A stretch of DNA of 64,000 nt from Paraphysomonas bandaiensis (Eukaryota > Protista > Chrysophyceae). Of this stretch, positions 34,805 to 46,428 are shown in pieces. Positions within the stretch are counted from its first letter, which is position 1. Every line of letters begins with the position of its first letter. The DNA lies in contig CBFFRP010000291.1 of the NCBI GenBank assembly GCA_965644295.1, positions 1 to 64,000 of the forward strand. The letters are read 5' to 3'. The translations under genes were made by a program, and so were the position numbers. The notes under the pieces were generated by a model. The model searched no databases. It worked only from the letters and a program-made list of their open reading frames with translations, and had not been told where the DNA came from.

Positions 34805-37800
34805 ATGAAATATACAATAGCGATCTTATTTATTTTGTTGGGACAGTATAATATTTTAGTATTATCCCAGTCGTGTACGGAAAATACTGTGACGACGATA
34901 GCAGGGGACGGTAGCGACTCTTATGTCGATGGGGTGGGTACTAATGCCAGATTCAAGACATTGGCTGGTGCCAAAGTATCATCTGATGGGAGTTTTGCTT
35001 TACTCTGTGACGAAAATGCGGATGTAGTCCGGCACGTCTCACTGGCGACATCGGTTGTGTCCACACTTGCTGGTGGGTCACATTCTGGTTATTTAGACGG
35101 GACTGGTACAAATGCCAGATTTGACACTCCATCTGCTTTAGCAATATCTAGTGACATGTCGTTCGCACTAATTGCTGATAGAACTACTAATAGGGTGCGC
35201 AAGATTATTATATCGACCAAATTGGTTAGTGTTCTAAGTGGAAGTGGGTCAGCCGGAGTCGTAGATGGAACTGGAACTGGTGCACAACATGACAGGCCTC
35301 AGGGGATCGCAATATCTAGCGATGATGTATTCGCACTTGTCGTGGGAGACAATGATGTGTTGCGACATATCGTTATTTCCACTGGAGTTGTTACAACAGT
35401 TGCAGGAACAACCGCGTCTGGGACTAGTAATGGTGTGTATTGTTCGATTGTTTATATGCTGCCAATGTTTAATGTGTGTTATTTGTAGGTGTGGGTACCA
35501 ATGCGCGCTTCAATGACCCCTATGGCGTCACCTTATCCCCCGACGACACGTACGCTCTTATTGCGGACACTGACAACCACCGTATTCGAAAGGTTGTTTT
35601 AACATCGAAGGTGGTGACTACAATAGCAGGTAGCAGTAGCGGAGATTTAGGGGGCGTTGGGACCAATGCTCGATTCCATCAACCACATGGCATTGCCATT
35701 GACCCCTCAGGAACCTACGCTTTGATAACGGACACCAACAACCATAAGATTAAAAAGATTATACTTACCTCTTCTGTGGTATCGACTTACGCAGGATCCG
35801 GCACGTCCACATATGCTGATGGTTCCTTGTTGTCAGCGAGTTTTGATGAACCGTGGGGGATCGGACTATCCAGTGGTGGCCTTTTTGCTTTAATCGCAGA
35901 TAGTAAAAACAGACGACTGAGGATGATTACCATAGCATGTCCATCGCCCACATCAACTCCGACGGCGTCCCCTACGTACGCTCCTTCATCGATTCCTACG
36001 AGTTTCCCGACCTTTACACCAACTGTGTCGCCCACTAGAATACCAACTTCCGCACCTACTACGGCTCCCACACTTTCGCCTACGGGATGCCCGACACATA
36101 CCCCCACGTCCATTCCAACCAGTGTTCCGACGGGTAAGCCTTCTACGTTCCCCACATCGGCACCATCTGGGCAACCCACATCGTGTCCGTCAAATGTGCC
36201 TACGGGTGAACCATCTGGGTTACCTACCTCGCCTCCATCCAATACCCCCACTGGTGAACCATCTGGGCAACCTACGTCATACCCAACCAGTGAACCTACT
36301 GGTGAACCATCTGGGCAACCTACGTCATACCCAACCAGTGTACCTACTGGTGAACCATCTGGGTTACCTACATCGCTTCCCTCCAATACACCTACTGGTG
36401 AACCATCTGGGCAACCTACTTTATCTCCGACAGGTGTACCTACTGGTGAACCATCTGGGTTACCTACATCGTATCCAAGTAGTACACCTACAGGTAAACC
36501 ATCTGGGCAACCTACATCGCTTCCCTCCAGTGTACCTACTGGTGAACCATCTGGGCAACCTACGTCATACCCAACCGGTGAACCTACTGGTGAACCATCT
36601 GGGTTACCTACATCGCTTCCGTCCAGTATACCTACTGGTGAACCATCTGGGCAACCTACGTCATACCCAACCAGTGAACCTACTGGTGAACCATCTGGGC
36701 AACCTACATCGCTTCCGTCCAGTATACCTACTGGTGAACCGTCTGGGCAACCTACGTCATACCCAACCGGTGTACCTACTGGTGAACCATCTGGGCAACC
36801 TACGTCATACCCAACCAGTGTACCTTCTGGTGAACCATCTGGGTTACCTACATCGCTTCCGTCCAGTGTACCTACTGGTGAACCGTCTGGGCAACCTACG
36901 TCATACCCAACCGGTGAACCTACTGGTGAACCATCTGGGCAACCCACGTCATACCCAACCGGTGTACCTACTAGTGAACCATCTGGGCAACCTACGTCAT
37001 ACCCAACCGGTGAACCTACTGGTGAACCATCTGGGCAACCTACGTCATACCCGTCCACTGTACCTACTGGTGAACCGTCTGGGCAACCTACGTCATACCC
37101 AACCGGTGAACCTACTGGTGAACCATCTGGATTACCTACATCGCTTCCGTCCAGTGTACCTACTGGTGAACCGTCTGGGCAACCTACGTCATACCCAACC
37201 GGTGAACCTACTGGTGAACCATCTGGATTACCTACATCGCTTCCGTCCAGTGTACCTACTGGTGAACCGTCTGGGCAACCTACGTCATACCCAACCAGTG
37301 TACCTACTGGTGAACCATCTGGGCAACCCACATCATACCCAACCAGTGTACCTTCTGGTGAACCATCTGGGCAGCCCACTACATGCCCAACCAGTGTTCC
37401 TACGAAGCAGCCATCTTCGCTACCTACTTCATTCCCAACTGCTGTACCCACATATCGGCCATCTGGGCTACCAACAGGAGATCCTTCTACGCAACCCACG
37501 TCATACCCAACAAGTATACCCACAGGTCAGCCTTCGGACTCACCTACCAGTCAGCCATCTTGTGTACCTACATCGTACCCAACGGGAGTCCCGTCGAGTT
37601 CACCATCTAGTTTTCCAAGTGCAAGCCCATCGCATGAACCTACGTCGAAACCGAGCTCATTTCCCACAGCTTTACCGACGACTATCCCTTCCACCCAACC
37701 GACTGGACTGCCCAGCAGCATACCTTCGTGTCTGCCATCTGGAGAACCCACATCATTTCCCTCAACATCTCCATCATATGAACCTAGCAGTGAGCCTTCC

Positions 37801-40800
37801 AGTAAGCCTACTTCACAACCATCAACAGCACCAACTGAGATCCCGTCTTCACAGCCTAGCGGCTGTCCAAGCAATGCCCCGAGCGGCAATCCGACATTAC
37901 TCCCCACTAGCGTTCCCTCATGTGAACCCTCTTCTTATCCGTCATATATTCCATCCAGCGTGCCCTCTACGCTGCCTACTTCGATACCATCTGCCACACC
38001 TAGTCAGTATCCTAGTGCAGAGATATATTGGGACTTGGCCCCCAATATATTAACAATGGATGTCACGATATCATCTGAGGACTCTTTAAAGGTAGATGTT
38101 ACGCTATCTGAGGATGGGATTGTATATTGTGCTGCATTATCGTCGACGGAGTACATCTCGCAGTGGTCTATTAGACAGAATGGCTTTATTTCCCACTCAC
38201 AATCCGGTATGGCGAGCGTAAGTATCAACGGTGTACCTCCTGGTGCCCAGGTTCACGTATATTGCGCGACATTTTCCTACAATGGAGATGCGATGTCCGA
38301 AGCTAATATTAGAAGCACTTTAGTACGGGTTAATATGCCATGTTGTCGCCGGTTGGAAGCTGATGTAGTTAGTGATTACATGCCGGGTGCTGGTGAAGTG
38401 ACGGATGTGATGACTATATCATTACAATCACCTCCGTCACAAGATGTGACTGTTACTGTGTCCGCTTTTTACTTGGGCTCCAACTTTACCAATACTTCCG
38501 ATGATCGTCGATTACAAACATTCAACGCATCTAGTGCTTTGACTCCGAGTGAAATAAAGTACACAGCCAATTCGAGTTTGTCGGAGCTCGAAAAGACTAT
38601 TATGTTTGTAGCTGATGTGGAAGGTAACTATGAATTCAATATTACTTTGAGTGGATCATCTGGTGAAGAATATGCGGTCACGTTTCCGTCCGGTAAGAAT
38701 GTTCATGTGCTACCCGTATACCACCTCCCTCCTGCACCCATTATCAGTTACGCGCGATTCGTGTCTGATGGATCACTATTGTTGGTCAAGTTTACATCGC
38801 CGACTAATAAAGGCGACCTTATTGATACTTCTTTTTCCTGCGACCAAGTTCTAAGCTTCAGTCATGCGTCATCGGCGTCTTGTAGTTGGGAAAACTCTTA
38901 CCGCCTTTCTATATCCCTCGGTCCATTGAGCACATTGACCGTTGGTGACATTGTGTCTATTCAGCCGAATGTGATTACAGGGAGATGCATTTACGCCGAT
39001 ACCACAATTTGCTCATCACTGGAGCATTCACCACCCAGTTCAACACCAGTGACTTCTGCTGTTACTGGTTATCCTAAAGTAGTTGTCACTGCTCCTTCCA
39101 AAATCAGTAATTGTTCACTGTTCACACTTGATCTTACGTCTTCCACTGGTGCAGGTGGGCGTGCGTGGTCCACAGTCAGTATCACTGCACGTAGCACGAC
39201 AGCTGATGTTGATGCTATCAACTTCTTTTTCAACTCCTCATACATCATGAACCCACCGTCTGCTATACCTATAGGACTGTTGAAAGCTAGTAATGTGTAC
39301 ACTATAGAGATCACATTGTGCAACTTTCTGGGCAGATGTGGCTCGGATACACACCGAATCGAAGTGGCGCGATCGGCCCCACCGTCCGTCAGCATTGTGG
39401 GTCCGAGGTCACGAACTATGCGTCGGTATCAAACTCTGAGTGTTCATGCGTCAGTGTTTTATGATGCCTGCTTGTATAAGACGTCTGCAGAATTTTTGAC
39501 TCTTTATAAGCCCACGTATGAATGGACAGTTTTGAATACTAAATCGCGAGAGGTGATGCCGAATATGGTTTCCACATCCAAGTCACCGAATAAGTTTTTG
39601 TTACCAGCGTATTCCCTTGCTGTTGGGATGAGCGTTGAAATTACTGTGGTGATAAGGAATTCGTTAGGCGTGGAAGCAGGAAGGAAATCTATTCTAGTTG
39701 AAGTTCTTCCATCTACATTGAATGCTGTTCTCTCTGGCGGCTTGGAAGGAGCTGTGGAAATCGGGAAGAGCTTAGTGCTGAATGCATCTGAAAGTCAAGA
39801 TCCAGATGTGCTGGATGAATCTGAATCCAGCGGCAGAATTCATTACCACTGGAGCTGTGTGTCGCTCGTACCTGGGTCGGAGTTTGTACCTTGTGGCAGC
39901 TCTGTGTTCAATTACAGTGAGCCATCATCAGTAAATGCTGCCTTGGCGTCAGTTAGGCCACCGTTCATCACAGCTATCAATACACTGTTTTACATAACTC
40001 TGACAGTCACAGATAGCAGTGGGTTACGGTCTGATGAAACAACCATAAAGATAACCACAGTTAGTTCAGGAGTTCCCATAGTGTCTGTTAGTCCCATCGT
40101 GGGTGTAGTGAATCCTGCGACTAAGCTGAAGGTTTTGGCATCTATAACTAGTACTTTCTCTGGACTGGCACAATGGCTGGTAAATGACGAAAGTATTAAT
40201 ACATTAAAAGTTTCGACGACATCCCCTACACGTTATAGCATTCCAAATGAAGCAGTGAATTTTCCCTCAAACCTGGCTATTTCAGCAAACAGTCTCTCTG
40301 GAAATGTTGCATATATATTTAAACTGTCGTTTACTTATGGATCTGGAGACACAACGTCTTCAACTATACGTGTTTTGACCAATTCTCCTCCTAGGCCTGG
40401 CTCCTTTTCTGTTTCCCCTTCGGTTGGCACAGAGTTGAAGGATAACTTTGTGTTTACGGCCTCATTATGGAGTGATGTTGACCTCCCATTGACATATCGC
40501 TTTGGATATTTGACACCTGAGAACACTATTCATGTCGTAGGTTCCAAATCTGAGGAGGCCTCCGCCACAACAATATTACCAAGAGGCTCCGACACGAAGG
40601 ATAACGAATTAAAATGCAGTTTACAGACCTATGATTCGCTTGACTCATATAGCACAGGAGAGTATAGTGTAACTGTTAACCCCTCTATGGTGCCCATATC
40701 TGTCGACAACGTTTCGAATACATTTGAGACGCTGATTATGCTGGATGATGTGGATGCTCTAGAGAATGCAATATCAGTCTATGCATCTGTGTCCAGTGCT

Positions 40801-43800
40801 GTGGTATGCGCTAGTGCCCCGAATTGTACTCAATTGAATCGGCAGGCCTGCTCAACCACAGCCCACACTTGTGGACCATGTGTATCAGATGAGTTTATTG
40901 GAGTGTACGGTCATCACAACAGCATGTGTGTGGTTGATCAGGATGTTCACGAAGGAGATATTTGTTCAACGGATGAATCATGTCTTCCATTTATGGAATG
41001 TCAACAGGAGATATGTGTCCCAGTTTCGAAGCAGTGTGTGAATTCGTGTTCGGACAAGGGCACATGTAAATATGTTGTTACGGCTCTAGGACTTGAGGTA
41101 GACTCTTGTCTTCTGTCTGAGCCATCATGCAGTGCAATATGTGTGTGCGATCCGGGGTACTACGGTGCAGATTGCTCCATTGATGAAGTAGAAATGGCTT
41201 ATAAAACTGGCCTCCAGGAAACAATACTGTGTGCATTGCAGACCTTGTCTCAATTGCAGGATGCCACTCTATCAGCTATTCAGTCCTGGATTGCAGTATT
41301 GCGTACGCTTTCTATAGACCCAACTAAGCTGAGCTCGAGAGGTTCAGACTGTGCAGTGTCAGCCATACATGTGATATTAGACTCGGCATCTGACGTTGAC
41401 ATTTCAGTGGAAGGTCTTGAAGCAGTACTGAATGCCATTGATGCTGTGAGCCGATTTCAAGACTTTTATGACTTCCCTGTACTAACTACAGAATACAAAA
41501 CGGACATAATTACATCGTTGTCTAATATGCTTGAAAAGTTCTGTGGTGTTATTTCAAGCGACATGATATTGGGAGAGTATACGTTCCAGTCCCTGAAGTC
41601 TAAGATAAGGATATCTGCAATATTAGTGGACTCATCTGATAATTTTACGCTTTCAATACCCCAAACATCGGCAGAGTTGTTGGCATCAAAAGAAACTTCT
41701 TATGTGTCGTCAATCGCACCAAGTACAAGCGGCTACTGTTTGGTATCGTTTGATGCTGCAATGTATGACACTTTAACGCCAGGTTTGTCAGCCAACCCCT
41801 TGTCAATTATAAGTGCAAGTTCGGAGACGAGTAGAACAAACAGTTCGTCAATATTAAATATTTCCCTTCAAAACATAGTGCCAGTTGATTATGGAGTTGT
41901 CTTTAACGAGTCCGTCATTGAGGCGGTCTGCACGAAGGATAAATTTCAGACGAGTGAGGTGTATCATTGCCCGGACGGATCAAATTACACGTTTGTTTGT
42001 GAAAATGTCACTGGAATATTTGAAATACATTGCCCAAAGACTACCTTAGTTCCTGTATGTAACAGAGTAGTGGGTGTTGATGTAGTCGACAGCAGTTGTG
42101 TAGTGGACATAGCATCGTCGTCTCTGACTTCTGTCAATTGTATCTGTCCTTCTGGTGCTGCAAATTCTGGTTCACCGCCATCCTCTGGTGGATCCGAGTA
42201 TGTGAACGCACAATTCGTTGCGATGACAGAATTTGTGCTGGACGATTTTGTGACCACGTGGCGGTCGGCAGGTGATTTGACTGTGGGCGATGTGACTCGT
42301 AGTTGGAAAGTGGTCGTGACTCTGGGTTTTATAGCATGCTTTGGGTGTTGTGGGGTTTTTTACAGTGATAAAGCAGATGATGAAGTAAGTAAGAAAGAGG
42401 AAATAAAGAAAAATGCAGCTCAGAATATTCACGGCCGTGCAGCGCGGCCAAGTAACGCTCCACCTACAAAGGACAAGGTTGAGATCGTAGAGTCCATATT
42501 TCCTGCTATTTTCCGTAATGAGCCATTCGTGTCTGTGTTTATCCGAGAACTGAAACAGTCCCACCGTTGGGTCAGCTTGGTGTACCACTACACACCGGAG
42601 TTTCCTCGTGTACTGAGGGCTCTCTCTCTTGTATGTGCTGTAATATCCACCATGTTTTTTAATGCGTTGCTGTACAATCTTGTGAACCCTGATGATGGGT
42701 CTTGTAAAGGCATTGATAACAAGAATGAGTGCTTGGAAGAGCGGTCACCTTTTTCGTCTCACGAAAGTAAGTGCTACTTTGATTCGGAGGCTTCAACTTG
42801 CCATTTCCGTGAACCAAGTGACAGTACTCAAGCCATATTTATAGTTGCTGTTGTGTGTGCTATGTTGAGCCTTCCTCTAGTCGTTGTTCTGGAGATCGTC
42901 ATAATTGAAATACTGGCAAAGCCAACGGAGAATTCGAACGAATCAGCTGTAGTGCCGATAAATAGTGATGTCAGCCGTCATCAAGGGACACAGGGGGTTC
43001 AAGCACCAAAACGGATGGCTATGTTTAGCAACAAATTTCGGAACAATCAAGTTGGTGTAAAGAATTCGGAAGACAAAATCTCGAAGCGAGCTACTATAGC
43101 GGGTGGGTTGGGTGTTAGTCCTCGTGACGAACTGATAGATATGATTAGCAAAATTGACAAATATAGGGCTAGTTTATCTCCAAAACAACTTCGAGAATTC
43201 GATATGGCTTGGGGAATCGATGTATCAATGGCTAAAGAGTTGCTACAAATGGATGATGTTCCCGTGAGTACAACTGGCCGAATGAGAAGCCTCATGGCAG
43301 CTAATAAAAGTGTGATGGGTCCATTGCTATCAGATATTCGATCTGTTAGAGAAACTGTGGCCAAAGAGATTCAGACTATGTCAATGTTATCTGATGAAGC
43401 ACGAGGTCGCCGTATTCTTTTCCTGTTTCAGCAGGATTTGCTACTTGGCGCCAAGGGTAAAATAGTTGAGAGAAAGGGTATAGGTAATGGAAGTGGACAG
43501 GTTAAAACTGTCAGTGCATACGTGAAGTTCATGGGGTGGGCGTTTATTATCCTATTTAACATGGCACTTCTCTTTTATGTATTTTTATTCGCCTTAAATC
43601 AATCCGAAAATCGTCAGAATGCGTGGTTACAGTCATTCCTGCTGTGGTTATTTTTTGAGGTTGTTATTGTCAGCACAGCATGTATGGTAATCTCACAGAT
43701 GATTATACCCTCTCTTATATTTTCAGAAGTGAGTCGCATCAAGCGTAATGTAGTTTATGCTATTGAAAATTATAAAGCGAAACTAGTCAATCAGGATCCT

Positions 43801-46428
43801 AAGGAGCCGAGCAAAGATGACGATGGTCAGTTCAATGCTTGTGATTACCTCTTTGTTTCGACTCGTGTTGCTCGAGGCTTTCCGCATCTCTTTGAAAGTG
43901 GTGTTGTGATGGGATTTCGGACACCTCTTCCGAAACGCACGTACAGACGTGACAAGAGCACAGCCAATACTTACCGAGGAAAGCTGAGAGTGACAGCGTT
44001 TATCAATAGTATGTCGGTATTACTGCTATTTATGTTCGGATTATTGATGAATCTACCGGCACCAATGGAACAAATGTTTTTCAGTTTAGTAAACTGGAGC
44101 CTGTTTGGTTACATTGGGTTGCTTCATGTAGTTCTGTTTGAAACGAGCCCTGGTTATGTTGTAGTACCACTGCTTATAGCTATTGCTATATTTGGTCCAA
44201 TCGTGTATTACAACTACAGAGCGATTGACAGAGCGCATCGATTACAAGCCGAACAAATTGAGGGTAAGTGGTACCAGGACCGAAGACTATCTCGCTGCAG
44301 GCCCCCATTTGTAACTCTTTCTGAATGTGGTCCAGCTGGTGGTAATGGGAAGCTCTTACGAAGTGTGAGTGATGCTGAGAGAGAAATGAGTCCAGTCGCT
44401 GCGGATACCGATGAATTCAATTTTGAGGAGCAAAGGGCCCGTGACATTGTGATCGCGATGCAGAAAATGGTTGGAGAACATGATACCGGATTCGGACAGT
44501 TGTCTGGCGACGAGTATGACAACGATGCTCAGGAACGAAGAAAACAACCGAAGTTACGAGCGATACTGAAGTCATTAGGAATGATGGATAGGTTGAGAGA
44601 CTTGGATCTCAGTGATGACGATAAGGATGAACGCAAGGAGGGAACTCTGTCATCTGACAACAAAGTCACCCTAGAAAACAGTGATTTGGATAGTCAGTCA
44701 ATTCACTCTCTGGAAAGATTTTCTTCAGAGGAAGACATCGATATTAAACGCCGGCATCGGCCGGAGGAAGAGATTGTGGGGTATATGGGCCACATGGTAC
44801 AGGAAGGCCAAGCTCTTTTCGGAGCTACCTCTGACGACTTCGATAATGACGAGACCCAGGAATCGACAAAGCTTGCTGCTTTGTTAAAGAAGAAAGGAAT
44901 GATGGACAAACTTTTTGAGTTGAGCAGCAGTGGAGAGGATGATGGAGAAGAAGCGAAACAACACCGCGAGCATAGACGAACTTATCGGGCTGCTCGTATG
45001 ACGAGATTGGGAAGGCATATGGACAAAAAGTCTGTAGTGGGAGATAGCTCAATACAAGGCCCTTCACTGGCGGCTACAATGGGAGCTCGTAAGGTCATTC
45101 GAAACTTTCGTCAGCGCAGGCAAAAAGGCCGGCCGGAGAGTGAGGTTGTGGGGTATATGAAGCGGATGGTGCGAGAGAATGAGGTGGAACTTGGGGAAGT
45201 CCTGGGTGAGTTTACTGATAAGCTTGACAGGGCGGAGAGTGATAGACAGGGCTTACATTTGGCCTCCAAATTACGAACGAATGGTATGTTGGAGAAACTT
45301 TATGACTTAAGTAGCACCAGTAGTGACGGCAGCGACTCTAGCGAAGCCCCAGAGTTGGAAACAAATGCTGTGAGTAGAGGCGAAGATCGATCTCTACCCA
45401 ATGTACATCGACCGGAGGATGAAGATGTTAGCTACATGAAGCGCATGGTTATTGAGCATGACGTTACTCTTGGTGCCCTGTCTGGCGAAGAGGATGAGCA
45501 GTCAGGTGGAGCAGCCACACCAAGAAAGCTTCCTAAGTTGGCAGCAAAGCTGAAAGCAGATGGTATGATGGACAAGTTGTTCGAGTTGAGTAGTTCTAGT
45601 GGAGAGGAAGTTGAAGGTCGTAGTGCAGGAGCAAATAGGGCTGAACGCCGCCGATTACGTAAAGCGACACGATTGGCAAAGAATAATTCTAAATTTCCAT
45701 CTTCAAAAGATAAAGAGTCTTTGCTGAGAGAGTCAGCTGTATATTCTGCAAGTGGTAGTAAGGTCGGTATGATTCAAGCATTGGACCAGGCTCCAAGTTC
45801 TATCTCAGGTGATGATTCCGATGTTGCCATTACTATTAGGGAGCCAGATAACCACCAATGGGGTGGTCAACGGGTAGTTGGGGTAGATGGCGGCCCGCTT
45901 ATCATTAATACATTGGAGCGAATTGGAGAAGGTAGTGCTGAAGAAGGTTACGGCGAGTTCACCGGTATCCCAGATTCCAACAACACGATAGATGTTGACA
46001 GCGAAGCAACATCCGAAAGCAGCTCCCACAATTCAGAAATCAACAATGAAGTTACTTGTACGTCCGAGGTCAAGCCTAACAATAAGTTGCGTTCGCAGAA
46101 GAGTATTGATAGAGATGATGTTGTAGCCGCAAAGAAGAAGTTTGCCATGGGCTTGGCGGGGAAGGATGTATCAATGAAGTTCCGTGAGAGTGATGCGCGA
46201 AGTAGACTGGAACAGAGACTTCAGAATAAGAAGGGCAAAAATGCAAACACTGCAGAGAATTTATCGACTGAGACACGAGGTGCAAGTATGACAAGTAAAG
46301 ATTTAGTGAAGAAGTTAACCGTCAACACCACACGCCATCGCATGTCCATGACTACTCGACATGACGCTGCGAAATTGCGTTTACAGGATCGACTGAACGA
46401 TCGTAAGCGCGAAGTAAATATGAAATGA
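34805..46428 (+). CDS. Giant polycystin-1/REJ-like membrane receptor B: signal peptide, NHL-repeat beta-propeller head, PT/PS stalk, body as in receptor A (~3855 aa; one intron 35433-35488)
   Basis: NHL repeats (DGVGTNARF, FNDPYGVTLSPDDTYALIADTDNHRIRKV, FHQPHGIAIDPSGTYALITDTNNHKIKK). A 56-nt GT-AG intron joins the 227-aa and 3650-aa ORFs in frame. The rest is near-identical to receptor A. Confidence 0.85.
36200..37380 (+). repeat. Coding minisatellite, 48-bp (16-aa, PTGEPSGQPTSYPTSV-type) unit, roughly 24 copies, in the stalk of receptor B
   Basis: cctactggtgaaccatctgggcaacctacgtcatacccaacc recurs with 48-bp period. Confidence 0.92.
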
